A program made the position numbers and the translations under genes. The notes beneath the pieces are model-generated. The model was not told the origin of the DNA. It ran no database searches and was given only the letters and a program-made list of their open reading frames with translations. DNA of 64,000 bases, taken from positions 310,001 to 374,000 of the forward strand of contig JBODTK010000128.1 in assembly GCA_050613775.1 (NCBI GenBank), in the 5' to 3' direction. Positions 28,995 to 44,547 of this stretch are shown here, piece after piece; the first letter of the stretch is position 1; every line of letters starts with the position of its first letter. The stretch is from Neocallimastix sp. 'constans' (taxonomy: Eukaryota).

Positions 28995-29807
28995 TACGAA
29001 TTTTAATAAATCATCTAATTTTTTCATTTGTTTTAATACCAATTTTTTTTTTTTTTAGTCGTTTCGATTTATCTTTCAAGTTTTTTTTTTTTTTTTTTTT
29101 TTCATTGGTTTTTAAAAATAATAAAAAAATAATTAAGCAATTAAATTTAATAATTCTATTTTTTTTTATTTTATTTTATTTTATTTTGATAATAATTGTT
29201 ATAAATAATATTAATAGAAAAAATAATTAATTAAAGTTATTCAATTAATATTAAGTATTAATAATAATTTTCTACTTCATAAAGAATATCTCTTACTTAT
29301 TTATTTCTATATTTATTTATTTAAAATTCAATAAAAAATATGAATATAAATTCATATTTTCCATTGTATTTTTTGAATTGCCATATTTTTTTTAAATATA
29401 TTTTTTTAATATTTATTTATTTTCTATTATTATTTATTGATTTATAATTATATTATTTTCATATTTATTGCCCTTGAATATTAATGTTTTTTATAATATT
29501 ATTTTTATTTATACTTTAAATATATAGCAATACTGTAGATTTTTTTTAATTATTACTATGTGTATAATAATATTATAGAGTTTTTTAATTATTATCAATA
29601 TTCCTATTATTTAATTAATTATTTTTTATGTAACCTATTATAGTTAATTGCTTAATAATTAATTTCTATTTCCTATTATAATTAATTATTAAAAAAAAAA
29701 AAAAATGTTTTATTAGTTAAGGTTTCATATTTAATATTATGGCTTTTTTTTTTTTTGAAAAATTTTTTTTTTTAATTTTCTTAAAAATTAAACCTATTTA
29801 TTTTATC

Positions 29808-30907
29808 GATTTGAGCATTTCTCAAAGTGGCGTATCTTCGTATGTGGTTTTATTCTATAAATAAATATATAAATAATAAATATTCTTTTTATTATATATA
29901 TAATTTATTAATATTCAATTGTAAAAATAGTTTGTTATTAAAAATTTTTTATAATTCTTTTTTAATAGAATATATTATTATATCTTTTGAAATAATAATT
30001 GGATTGTCCGTTTTTTTTGCAATATGGCGAATAAATATTTTTTATATAAAGCCATACATTTTTAAGATATACTATACAATCATAAACAAATATATAAATA
30101 ATTATTATTTTAAAAGAAATAATAATATATATTTTCAATTAAATATTATTAAATAACTATTTCAAAAGAAATAATAATATATTCTATTAAAAAAGAATTA
30201 TAAAAAATTATTTTTATAATTGAATATTAATAAATTATATATATATATATATAAAAGAATATTTATTATTTATTTAATTATTAATTATTTGATTATTATT
30301 TATTTGATTATTAAAAAGCCACATATAAAAATACGCCATATTACGAAATGCACGATTGCAAAACGCACTAGTTTCAAAATAATTATTTATATATTTATTT
30401 ATGATTGTATAGAATACCTTTAAAAATGTATGGCTTTTTTTTAAAAAATATTTTTATAATTTAATATATTTTTATAAATAATTATTTTATTACTATTTTA
30501 TAAATAATTATTTTATTATTTATTACTATTTTATAAATAATAAAATATATTTTTATAATTAAATATATTTTTATAATTATATATATTTTTATAATTAAAT
30601 ATGTTTTTTTATAAATAATTTATTTTATTACTATTTTACAAAATATTAAAAAAAATATTATTTGTAAAAGTAATATTAAAATAATATTGATTATTAAAAA
30701 AATATTACAAAAAAGTTTTAAAAAGCATATTTTGAATTTTTATTTATTTATTTATTTATCCATTTATATCAATACGCCACTTAGAGATATGCAATTTCTC
30801 CCTAAATTAATATTTATTTATTTAATTTAAACTGCTCATATATATAAATGTTATATATTTAAGTACACCCTATTTATATAAAGCCGTATTACGAAATGCA
30901 ACTTTCC
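29808..30907. mobile_element. Cluster of nested Mutator-like MITEs, including an inverted copy at ~30001-30368 inside a same-family copy
   Basis: Repeated CATTTC...GTGGCGTAT and ATACGCCA...GAAATGCA termini. Ends at 30802 (GCAATTTCTCCC) and 30907 (GCAACTTTCC). Confidence 0.6.
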
Positions 30908-30998
30908 TTTTTTTTTTATTTTTTTTTTTTATTTTATTTTATTTTCATTTTCATTTTCTAAATTAAGCGATTATATTTTAAATTTCTTCACTATAGTA

Positions 30999-31037
<39 letters not shown>

Positions 31038-31387
31038 AGAAAAGAAAAAATATTCTTTAAAAACAAAATATTTTTGAAACTTTAATTATATATGTATTTA
31101 TAAAAAAAAAAAAAAAATTCTTGAAAAAAATATTCTTTAATTATTTTTAATATAAAAAAAATATATTCTTTAGATATTCTTAAAAATATATAAACAAAAA
31201 AAGTATTTTTTAAATATTCTTTTAATTATAAAAAAAAAATATATATATATATATATATATTCTATAAATATTCTTAAAAATATAAAAAAATTAATAACAC
31301 TTTTTTATTTTTTATTTATTTCTAAACCTTTTTATAGTTTATTTATTTATTTATTTAGAGAGAGTTGCATTTCGCTAAATGGCGTAT

Positions 31388-33670
31388 TGATAATAAAGAG
31401 TTACCAGCACTTAATTATTCTTAATTAAAATACATTTTATATTAATACATTGTGGCTTGTTCACATTATTTTAATTATAATATGTTTCAATACATTTGAA
31501 ACTTATTTTTCATACACTTTACATATTCTAATATTCTCCCTTAAACCTAGTTATTCTATAATGAATAAATTGGTTTACTGGTGAATATGTGTATATAAAA
31601 TTATCCTATATTATAATATTAATTTGATATTATTAAACTATTAGCTATTTCTATTCTAAATTAACCTTTAATTTTTGTATTGAATAAAATAATTTTACGT
31701 TTTATCAATTTCTATAATTCGATTTAAATATTGTAAAAATAATTTCTTAAAATTATTTATAATTGAATAATTTCCCCTTAAAACTAAGTATATAATATTA
31801 TTACACCATTAATATTTGATGTATCTAAAACATCTCTTACAATATATGGTTTATATATTACCATTTATATGACGGAAACCTTTCTCTTGAAGTTAAGATA
31901 TTACACCTTCTCAATTTGTGTGAATACCTCTTATATATTGGGTTTTACATCACTTACAATTATAATCCGATTTGAAGTTAAGCAATAACCATATATATTT
32001 TCGCTTTGTAGTTTTAGCGATAACTATTAAAATAAATTGTTAATTATAACGGTGTACCTGATAAATCATAATCTTGGAGTATTAAAATTGATTATATTTA
32101 TAATTAATTAATTATATTATTCCAGTCATTTAAACTTATTAGCAAATAATATAAATTGCCTTCATCATTGATTTAAGATTCAATATTTCAATTAATTTCT
32201 CGTTCTCTTTTAGTTTTGAAGGCTATAGTTTTGAAGGTTAATTTTTGTTAATTTTCATTATTAGATTATTTATTCATTTCCAAGATAAATATATTTTAAA
32301 TAATCTCCACAAAAAATCAGTTAAGCAACTTTCCTTAAATATTTTATATTTTAAGTTCTTAATTTTATTTTTCCTACTTCCTCCCCCCACTAAAATCCAA
32401 ATTTCAAAAAAAAAAAGGATTTTATATATTTGAATTTATTCATCATTAAAAATATTAATTATAGAAGTTTAACAATTATAATTTTAAAATACTTTGCCAT
32501 CAATAAATATAGTTTGTAGATGGATAAACATCATCCATTTATATATAACTCATGGTTATAGTTTTTATTTTATTACACCTTTCATCATGAAGGTTTGTAT
32601 TATGATTATATTGAATTAATTATTATCTAAACCTATTTCACGCTAGGTATAATAATATTATACTATTATTGTTAGAATGCACCCATTTCATGCTAGGAAT
32701 TACCATTCTATTATATTTCCATTGGATATTTGGGATATTATATTTCAAATTATTTTGGATGGGATCTCTGACATATAGTCTCCTCTATTATTGTTTATAT
32801 ATATATTGATATTTATAAATACACACTAAAATAACTATACTTTAAAATAATGTGTTTTTGTTGTTTAAAAAAAAAAATCATTATTTAATATATGATTGTT
32901 TAAATCTTCTATATATATATTATTAAAGTGTGTTTTGTATATTCATAGAGTGGAAATAATTTATCACATAGTAGATTCCTTTTTTATGTATACATATATT
33001 ACATTACTAATAGTCAAGAGTTTATCTGTTAAAATATCAAATTATTATTTCAATTAAGAGTCTCTTGTATGAAGATATATAATTTTCTATTATATATAAC
33101 ACTTAAGCATGTTTTTTTTCCCAATTAAAATGATATTTTTATATTTTTTTTGAGTTTTATTTAACATGAAATAAGTTCCTTTTATCAATTATTTAATATT
33201 TTACGCCTTTCTTTAATTTTGCGATCTTGATTATTTTGATCAGTTTTATTAGTCTTCTTAAAATTGACATAATGAGCAGCTTTTATTATAATTTAAATTT
33301 CAATTTATTTTATTTTATTTTATTTTATTCAATCTGTACTTTATATTCATATTCTACTATTTATTTTATTTTATTTTATTTTTATTTTTTTTTTTAATTT
33401 TTATTTTTATTTTTGACATAATATTGTTTCCGGCCAACTATTCTTTTGATAAGAATCTTTTTTAGAGTCAGATGAGACTCTTAATCTGTTAAGAGTCAGG
33501 AATTTATGGTTTCTTATTATGTGAATGTTATTAATATATTTTATGATAAAGAGTTAGTAGCACTTTAATATTATTAATTAAATACATTTTATATTAATAC
33601 ATCGTGGCTTTTACATAATTTATATTATAATATGTTTCAATACATTTGAAGCTTATTTTTAATACATATC
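31388..33670 (-). mobile_element. Decayed, internally deleted Ty1/Copia-like LTR element inserted in a MITE
   Basis: Direct repeats at 31388-~31532 and ~33544-33670 (GATAAAGAGTT...GTGGCTT...TCAATACATTTGAA). On minus, a PPT GGTTTAAGGGAGAA adjoins the 3' LTR and a degenerate GGTTATGAGCCC-type PBS (GATTAAGAGTCT) lies next to ~33487. The host MITE starts ~31358 and resumes at ~33671. Confidence 0.6.
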
Positions 33671-33904
33671 ATGTTTTTTAAAACTTTTTTTTTTTATAAT
33701 ATTTATTTAATAACAGATACTATTTTAATATTATTTTTACAAATAATATATTTTTAATATTTTGTAATATAGTAATAAAATAATTATTTATATAATATTT
33801 AATTATAAAAATATATTTAATTATAAAGATATATTTTAATATTTTGTAAAAAATAATATTATAATAATAATATTTTAATTATAAAAATAAATTTTAGCGT
33901 TTCT

Positions 33905-34231
33905 GGGGACCGTGAATTTCGCAATGTGGCGTATAAAATTTTAGAATAAAGTCATATACTTTTAAGATATTCTATAGAATCATAAATAAATAAATAATTA
34001 TTATTTTAAAAGAAATAATTATCTATTTTTTCAATTAAATCTTATTAAATAACTATTTCAAAAAAAATAATAATATATTCTATTAAAAAAGAAATATAAA
34101 AAATTATTTTTACAATTGAATATTAATAAATTATATATATAAAAAAAATATAATTATTTATTTAATTATTAAAAAAAAGCCACATACGAAAATACGCCAT
34201 ATTGAAATGTACGATAGCAAAATGAACTTTC
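33905..34231 (-). mobile_element. Mutator-like MITE, ~330 bp
   Basis: GGGGACCGTGAATTTCGCAATGTGGCGTAT...AAAATGAACTTTC. Flanks TAGCGTTTCT and TAGTGTTCT look like an aged 9-10 bp TSD. Confidence 0.75.
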
Positions 34232-34671
34232 TAGTGTTCTTATGTTAACCTAATCCAATAAATATTAAAAATACTTCAATCATTATTTATTGAATTTATT
34301 CATTTATTTTTTTTAAAAAATAATTTTAATTATTAATAAATTATAATTATGTACGACAGAATTCTTTTGGTCAATTTTCTGTCATTTCTTAATAATTTAT
34401 TATTTCTTAAAAATTTCAGCCATAATTCAATGAAATCTTTTCAAACACTTTTTTTTTTTTTTTTTTTTTTTATAAAAAAATTTTTATATTCACTTATTTT
34501 AAATTTTTTTCAATGTATTAATTATTAAAAAAAAAAAAAAAAAAAAAAAAAAGAAAGGAATATTTATTATTTATATTTTAAATATTTTAAATATTTTTAA
34601 TCTAAATAATAAAAAGTTTTTTTTTCATAATTCAATAGATTTATATTAAATCTATTATTATTTAACAAATA

Positions 34672-34716
<45 letters not shown>

Positions 34717-34763
34717 TATCAATAACTTAGTTTTTGATAATCTTATGAATCATTAACTATACT

Positions 34764-34815
<52 letters not shown>

Positions 34816-35588
34816 TTGTTGTTGTTGTTGTTGCTCTTTTTAAGGAAGAAATTTTAGTAGGTGGAATTATTTCTTTATCATAGTAACAAATGCTACTTCC
34901 ATAGAATTTTTTTATTTTTTTAATTTTTTATTTTTTTTATATTTTATTAATATAAAATATAAAAACTATATAGTTGATTAGATGAAATATGATTTCTTTA
35001 TACTTTAAATTAATCCAAGATGTATGTACCTTTCCATCTTATTCTTTATAGAGAAAGAAGTACTTATTATTCCATATATATATTTTAAGGAATTTATAAA
35101 AACATTTTGATTGATCTATTTATTTTAAATTACAAAGTTAATATATATATATATATTATTTATTTATTTTTATTATTATTATTTTTTTAATGCTATTCTT
35201 AATTACTGACATTTCTAATCATATAAAATAAATGATAATTAATAAATACCAGTAATAAGAAATATATATATCGAATATTTCTAGTGTTGAAAAAACACTA
35301 ATGTATTAAGAATTTAATTTAGTAAATTATTTAACACTTAATAGTTTTTGTTGATGAATACTCTTTTAAAATAATAAAATAGGACTATATGAATTATCAA
35401 ATTTTTTTTTCTTTTTATTTAATAATTTCTATAAAAGTAAATTAATTTTTATATATATGACAATAATAAACGTAAATTACATATAATTGACGATTATATT
35501 AAAAAAGTGAAATAGGCTAAATCATTATTTTAATATACGTATAAAGAATTGCATTTCATAGTTTTAACTTTTTTATGAATATAGAATG

Positions 35589-35621
<33 letters not shown>

Positions 35622-35647
35622 ATAAAATTTTCGATGATACAATTACT

Positions 35648-36148
35648 GGGAATGTTCATTGTATTCATTGTGCTTTTTGGAATGTGGCTTATAAATAAAA
35701 GTTTAATTAATGCCCTTCATTTTTATTCTTTTTTATATAATTGTAAATAAATAAATAATAAATTAAATATTATTAAATAATTATTATTATTATTTTAGCA
35801 AAAAATATTAAAATATACTTTTAAAATTAAATATGATTAAATATTATTTTAATAAAACGTATTAAAATATTTTTTTAAATTTTATTTTTTTATTAATTTA
35901 ATAAAAAATATAAAAGTAATTCTTTCAGATATTGCTTTATACTATTGTAATAAAGTATTTTTTTTTTTTATTAAATATTATTAAATAGTATTTCATTATT
36001 TCATTATATAATAAAAATTTAAATATTATTATTTATTTATCAGAATTAATTTAAGCCACCCTTACATCAACTGTTTAGTGAAGGACGCCGCATTACATAT
36101 AGAGCCACATTCTAAAATGCAACGTTACGAAATGAATCATATTCACTC
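35648..36148. mobile_element. Mutator-like MITE, ~500 bp
   Basis: Imperfect inverted ends GGGAATGTTCATT...GGAATGTGGCT and AGCCACATTCT...GAAATGAATCATATTCACTC. No clear TSD. Confidence 0.5.
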
Positions 36149-36244
36149 TTTTTTCTTTTATATTATCATGCTTTTTTTCTTTTTTATGCAAAAGGTAGTA
36201 AGAGAGTATAGAATAATTCAATTACCTAGTTTTAATGCTGCTGT

Positions 36245-36285
<41 letters not shown>

Positions 36286-37583
36286 TAGCATTTTATTTGG
36301 ATTTATTCGGATTAGATTACAAAAAAAAAAAAAAAAAATTATATTTGTATTATATTTTTATTTTAATATATTCATTTATTCATAGAAGTTTGATGGGTCA
36401 AAAGATATTAGTACTATATAAAGAGTAGTAACAATAGAATAGTGATTATCATAGGTAAATATATATATATATTGAAAATAATTTCTATTAAAGTTTAAAA
36501 GGGTGATTTATTGAAAGCCAATGATAATGACATACCTTCTTTTAGTAATATTATGTAAAAAGTTAAAGTAAATATAAAGATAAATATATGTATATATATA
36601 AATCTATATATTATTATTATTATTATTATTATTTACACCTTCTTTGATTTGCTTTAATATACTCCTTGTAATATATTTTAAGTAGAACTGTTATATCCTT
36701 AGCAATCTATTTGGTTTCACCATTAGTTATTTTTTTTTTATATTTCATTTTATTTTTTAAATCATAGGTAAAAATATATTTAAATTTATATATAATTTAT
36801 TAACAATTATATAAAAATATAAATATATAAAGTATGACAAAATATTTTTCAGAAAAACATTTTTCAGAAAAATATTTTTACAGGAAAAACAAGAAAATGA
36901 ATATATAAAGAAAAAAACATCAATAATATTATATTATTTTGATAATAATGATAAGATATGATATCGACACTTTTGTTTTTAAAAATTGATAATGTTAAAT
37001 GTGAAATTGTTGATATTTATAGTGCTGATGTAAATGGTAAGAAAAAAAACAGGACTTCTAAATATATATATATATAAAAAGGAAGACTTTTCAAATATAA
37101 TCTAGCAAATAATTATTCAGTTCCAGAAGTTAAAAAATGGGAGAAGGATTTATTCACTGCTAATGGCATTACTTTTATAGCATACTTTCTTTACTTCAAA
37201 AGGTGTTAAAATTGATTGGTGGTAAAAACTCATATTAATTATAATCAAAGAAAAAAAAAAAAGAAAAAAAAAATTAATAAATATTTATAATATACATATA
37301 TTATATATATATTATCAAATGATTATACTTTAAAACTTTAGGAATATTATATACTTGTGATATCAATCTCATCCTTCAATAATATAAGAAAATATTTTTT
37401 CTATGAATTAATAATAATAATTACATTTAAAAATCAATTATATATTTCTTACTAAAGAACACTCACTTTTTTTCTTTAATAAATAAAGAATTAGTACAAC
37501 TAAATTATGAGTCGAAGAAGAGTGTGTGTATTATAATAGTATATCAATTTTTTTTTTTTTTTATAGAAAGCTGTTGATTCTCA

Positions 37584-37626
<43 letters not shown>

Positions 37627-39124
37627 GTTATTATTATTATTATATTTTTTGTACTTATTTATATATATTTCTATATAACAATGTATTAATTTTTCAAAGA
37701 AATTAATACATTGTTTTACGAAAGTGTAAAAAAGAAAGAAAAAAAAAACTTATAATAAAAACTAATATTTTATTTTTTATTTATTTTTTTTTTTATTTGA
37801 ATAAATTTAATGTTTAATGATTTAATAATAAATGTCCATACATTAATAATTAATAATTAAATAAATTTAATCTAAAATATGGTTAGAATAATGCATATTT
37901 CAAAAGTATTATATAATTATATATATAAATAGTATAAAATATTTATATTTAACTCTTCATTAAACGTTAGATTGTAAATAAAAAAAAAAAAAAAAAAAAA
38001 TAAAATAAAATAAAATAAAACATTTTAACTATTGAAATATATGGACTCCAACATCATTAATTCCTAACATTTTATATATTATTAATTCATATGTTATGTA
38101 TAATACAAAGTATTATATGATTTTAAGTTGTAAAAGACTTTAAAAAAAAAAAATTGATAAAAAACTGAAATAAAAAAAAAATAGATAATATATATTTATC
38201 TATTTATCTTTTTTGTGTCTAATATATTAATTTATTATATATAAACAATTATATATATAAATTCTATTATAGAATAGAACTTTGGATGTAAGAAATATTT
38301 CAATGAATATTCATTACTAAGGTGTTATTTAAGATATAATTTATAATCTTCATAATGAATATTTATAATTATATTTTTGAAAAAAATTTTATCATGTAAA
38401 ATTTTATTTTTTTTTTTATATGAAATAATAAAAAATTTATAAAAAAAAAAAAATTAAATAAATAGAATTTTTATTAAAATTTTATTACAGTTCTTTAAAG
38501 TGCAAATATAAATAAACATTATAATTGTAATGACTCATTTTATTTTAATGATATTTAATGATCTAATGATAATTAGTTTGATTAAAATATTTATATAAAT
38601 ATAAACAAAATATTAATAAAAAAAATAAAGTTTATATAATCTTGATTTTAAGTTATTTTTCTTTTTATATTATTATAAAATATTAATTATTTAATAATTA
38701 AATAAAATCTTTAATAGTGTTGCGATACTAATAGAAATGTATATTTTTTATTTATTCCAAATAAAACTAACAGTAGTATACCTTTATACATATATATATA
38801 TTTTTTATTTATTCCAAATAAAACTAACAGTAGTATACTTTTATACATATACATATACATATATTATATATATTTTTTTAGTAAAAATAAATTTATACAA
38901 ACAAAATTTATATAATTTTATATAATTGTTGATTATCATTTAAAAAAAAACGAAAATAATTAAGAAATAATAATGAATATATAGAAATAAATAATAAAAT
39001 ATAATAATAATAAAAAAATTAACAATAAGCAATAAAAAATAAACATAATAAATAAATATATATAAGGAATAAATAAGGAATTTCTTTTAGAATTAATAAT
39101 TATAGATTATAAATACTAATAGTA

Positions 39125-39730
39125 ATAAATAATAAATAATAAATAATAAATAATAAATAATAAATAATAAATAATAAATAATAAATAATTGAATAATAAA
39201 TAATAAATAATAAATAATAAATAATAAATAATAAATAATAAATAATAAAAAAGAATAAAAAGAGTATTTATTAATAAATAATAAATAATAAATAATAAAT
39301 AATAAATAATAAATAATAAAAAAGAATAAAAAGAGTATTTATTAATAAATAATAAATAATAAATAATTGAATAATAAATAATAAATAATAGATAATAGAT
39401 AATAAATAATAAATAATAAATAATAAATAATAAATAATAAATAATAAATAATAAATAATAAATAATAGATAATAGATAATAAATAATAAATAATAAATAA
39501 TAAATAATAAATAATAAATAATAAATAATAAATAATAAATAATAAATAATAAATAATAAATAATAAATAATAAATAATAAATAATAAATAATAAATAATA
39601 AATAATAAATAATAAATAATAAAAAAGAGTATTTATTAATAAATAATAAATAATAAATAATAAATAAAAAAATAAATAATAAATAAAAAAAAAAATAAAT
39701 AATAAATAATAAACAATAAACAATAAATAA
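39125..39730. repeat. (AATAAAT)n heptamer satellite with internal duplications
   Basis: Directly visible. It is the source of the YYLLFII pseudo-ORF. Confidence 0.9.
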
Positions 39731-42700
39731 TAATTAATAATTTTTTTATTATAAAAAAATTTTTTTTATATATTTATTATTACAAAAAAAAATTATTAAA
39801 AAGGTAAATACATAAATTTACGGCCTATTTTAAATATTTTAAAAAAATTTTTTTTATTAATTAAATCAATAAAATAGAAAAATGAAGTTAATATTAAATT
39901 TTATAATTTAATATATAACAATGATATATAAATCATTTAATACATATGATATAATGCTTTTTTTTTTTATTCTGTTTTATTTGTATTGTATTTTTTGTTA
40001 GTTTAATATGTTGATGTACTCGTCTAATTTATTTATATATTTAACCCTGAATTGTATATAGTATATTGATTTTTATTTTTGTCATTTTTGGCATAAATCA
40101 TTGCCGTTTTACGTTATTTTTAATTCACTTTTAAATTAATAATATTTATTTTATTTACATAAATTTAAATATTATGAACTCTTAATATTATAAAATACTA
40201 ATAATGATTATATAACTTTGTCTATTTTTTTTTATAGAAATAATTATTTATTTTCATTAAACATATTATGAAAATATAAGAAATAACAATTTATTATGAT
40301 TTTTTTTTTAATTAATAGAATTTCATTTTCTTAATCATAGAGAATATGATTAAATGAAAATAACTTGAAAAGTAATTGATATATTTTAGTTTTATTTTAA
40401 ATATTTATATGTGTTTATAGTATTATTGAATTTATTTTATATTGTGTCAGATAAAAAAAAAAATTGAAGGTTAATATGAAAATTAAAAAAAAATTAATAA
40501 ACTTTATATCTTTATTCTTAGAACTTTATCTAATTTCAATTTTCGTTTGTTGTAATATTTAAATATTTACATGTAAACATGATTTATTTGTTTATATATG
40601 TTAAATTTCCTATTCTTTGTAGATCATAAATTATTTTTATTTATATTCTAAAAAAAATAATTTATATTAAAAATATAATAAAATAATTTATATTCTAAAA
40701 TGATAATTTATATTCTAAAAAGATAATTTATTACCTAAATATAATTTATATAAAATGTTAAATTATTAATTTATTTTATAACATTTATATAGTTTTTATT
40801 ATATGTTTTCTATTATATTTAATATATATATTTTTATATTTGTATTGAAGTTAAATTAATATAAATAGTGCTAAATATTAGAAAAAAAAAAGCATAAAAA
40901 ATATTAATATTTAATAACGTTTTTATCAATTAAAAATGTTCTAAAAAAAATATTTTAATTATTGATTGAAAAACGGCAATGATTTATTTTCTTCAAAAAT
41001 TAACATATATACTATTTATATAAATTATATACTATTTATGGTTTATTGTAACCATATTTGCATAAAGAAAAAAAATTTTTTTTTTTTAAATCTATTAATT
41101 TTTATAAAAATAATGATTTGGTGTAACAAATATATATTATATATAGTAACATTTTTATATTTAGTGTATCAACCGTATCTTCATAAATTTATGTAAATTT
41201 ATGTCATATAAAATATGTCTTAATCCAAATTAATTAGAATAATATAATTTTTTTTAATCACCTAATTATAATAAATTATAATAAAAAATATACTTTTTTA
41301 AATATATATTTCTATAAAATAATATTTTTTTTATATTATTAATAATATAGTTTTTATATAATTTTATATAATAGCATTATATAATTTATTTTATTAATAT
41401 TTTTTTATTTTTTTTTTTAACCGTTAAATTAAATAAATTAAATGGAAAATTAAATACACTATTTACTTAATAAAAAAACTATAATTTATAATTTTAAATT
41501 TTTTGAAGAATGAAAACCTAAATATATATTGAATTAATATCTTAAACTTTTTAAGATTGAACCAATAAAGTAGTAATTACTTTTTTTTTTTTTTATAATG
41601 GCTAAAATAAAAACAATAAATATTAGAAAAAAAAAAATAAAAATAAAAAAAAAATAAATGGAACACAAAATTAAAAGTAATTATAATATAATTATATTAA
41701 GAACTGATTATATTTAGTATTAATTTAAACTATAAAAATTATATAAAAAAATATATAATTATGATAGCAGTAATAACTTTGAATATGATATTAATGGTAA
41801 TAATAATTATAATAATTACAATTAAAAAAAAAAAAAAGTCATTTAAGAATATAAAGTTTAAAGTAATTTAAAAAATTTAAAATTTGATTTATTTAATAAC
41901 AATTGTATAAGACGCTTTGAAGCATAATTACAAATATATGAAGAGCTTCATAATATACATTAAAATGCTATATCATAAAGGTAAAAATGAAATTATAAAT
42001 ATGTAAAAATACTTGATTAATAATATTGGAAAACTTCAAAAAAAAAAAATAATAATAATAAATTTATCTTTTATTTTTATTTATCTTTTTATTTATTTAT
42101 TTTTTTTTATTTTTTTTTTATTTTATAATTTTAATTTTAGTAAGAATGTTTCAATTTATCTTTGATATATTTATTCTAATTGTTAGTATAAATATATAAA
42201 TTCTTTGCATATAACAAATAATAAGTAATTAGAATTAATTATTTATTTATAATAATTATCAAAGAGTTTATTGGAATTAAACTTTTAATAAATATTAAAA
42301 ATTTTTAATTAATTAATTAATAATTTATATGGTTTATTATAAATTTTCATTAGCCTGTTTGAAGAACTTTTAAAAAAATTCCATAAACCTTTTTCTTCTT
42401 CTTCTTCTTCTTCTTCTTTTTTTTTTTTTGATTTTATTTTAAATTCAAAGCTTAATTAATTAATTATTTATTTAGTTTCTTTCTTCTTTCTTCTTTTTCT
42501 TTTTTATTTTATTTTTTAATTTGTATTTTTATTATTTATTTCTTTTGTTTTAATATAAAAAAATATTAAAAAAATTTTAAAAAGTTTAATTTAAAATTTT
42601 TTAGTATTTTTTTCGTGTATAAAATCAAATGTAAATTTAGTATACATGATCTAATATAATCTAATATAATCTAATATATAATAGATATTATTTTTTTAAT

Positions 42701-44392
42701 AGGTTGCCGTTTTCTTTTTTTTTTCTTTTTTATTATTAAATCGAAAATTAAAATTTTTTAAAAAATTTTTTTTAATAATAAATAATATAAAATATAATTT
42801 TTTCCTATTATCTATATATAAAAACAATAATACAATGTAATTTTTTTTTGAATATTATCTATATATAAATGGAAATTAATTAGGAGAATTAAATAATAAA
42901 AATAATAAACAATAAAAATAAAAGGAAATTAATTATGAATAATAAATATTTATAATTTATAATAGATAATAATTTTTATAATATATTTATTAAAATTTTT
43001 ATTACATTAAATATATATATAATTATAATTATTAACTAAAAGTAATTTATTTATTTATTATATATTATAGATTTTTAATTTATTTAAAAAATTGACTTTT
43101 TTTTTTTATTATTTTCTTATTTTATTAATATGAATTTTAAATATTTATTTTTTTCATTGTATATAATCCAATATATTTAAAAAAGAATATCAATTAATAC
43201 TAGATTTAATTTTTAATATATTACACAAATATATATATTGAATATATTTATATTGTTATATAATAAATTTATATTTAATTTTATATAAATTAATTAATTG
43301 TTCTATTATTTCATCTATATTTAATATACTTTTAATTATTATACATAAACCGTATAAGCACATTTAGAAATTGTTTTGCGTAAATATTTATGTTATTTAT
43401 TGTTATTTAAATTAAATACAAATATAAATTATTATATTCAAAATCTAATGTTAAAAATTTTTATTATTGATAATTAAAAAATGATAATATGTTGTATATA
43501 TATGCATTTCACGTATTAAATTAATTAGCTAATTTATGTACAAAATTATTTTTAATATAATTAGTAATAAATCATAATTTTTGTGAATTATTAGAATAAT
43601 AAAAAAAAATATATATATATTATAAATTTTATTAATTAAATGGTAATATATTATAATATATACTATCATATAAAACTAATAATCAATATGCATTGAGTAA
43701 TACAATTTTTTTGTATTCAATTCAATATATTAATTTTTCCTTTTTTAAATTTCTAATAATAAAGGAATGTTTATCCTTATTTTTTTTTATTATTAAGTAA
43801 TTAAAAATCTTTATTAAGTAATAATTAAAATTTTATTAAATTAATATATGTATTTTTTTTTATAATATTTAAAACTTTAGATTTTTTTCTTAAAAAATTT
43901 TTTTTTCTTTTTTCTTTTTTCACTATCCTTAAAATTATTTATTTTTATTTTTTAATATAATTGTAAATATTTTAAAAAGAGTAGATTTAGTTTAATAAAA
44001 CTAATTTAATAAATATAAAACAAATATTAGTATATTTTGTGGAAAAGAGCGAATTTATTGAATTATTATTTTAAAAATTATATAATAAAACAATAAAAAT
44101 ATAAATATAAATATCAGTAAAGTCATAGTAAAACTATCTTAATTTTTATAGTAAAAAATAATAAAAAAAATATATAAACAGTTTGATTATCAAATATAAT
44201 TGTTTTTAAATAAAAAACATACCTTGAAATCATAAAGTAAATTATTTTTTTGCGAGATTTTATTTGGAGTTATTCGTTATATAACAAAAAATAAAATAAA
44301 ATTAATTTGCTTTATTGTTTTCTAATAATTGTAAATATTTTCAATATTAAATTTAAGTTAAATATAATAATTAAAACACTATTTTAATAATA

Positions 44393-44435
<43 letters not shown>

Positions 44436-44547
44436 GATATAATATTTTTTTTTTATTAAAATATAAAAATTTAAAATAATATTTTTTTATAAAAACTATT
44501 CAAACATAAACAACATAAACAATATATATTTTATAAAAAGATAAAAT

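Noticed and set aside
33465..33505. Hammerhead-ribozyme-like CAGATGA-stem-AGGAA
   Set aside because: Both core boxes deviate from CUGANGA and GAAA, and no stems I or III were found. The hairpin coincides with the Copia LTR/PBS junction.
33900..34232. 5-bp TSD (TTTCT) suggesting a non-Mutator superfamily for the MITEs
   Set aside because: Extending the end to ...AACTTTC gives a 9-10 bp imperfect TSD, and a related element at 13702-14480 has a perfect 9-bp TSD.
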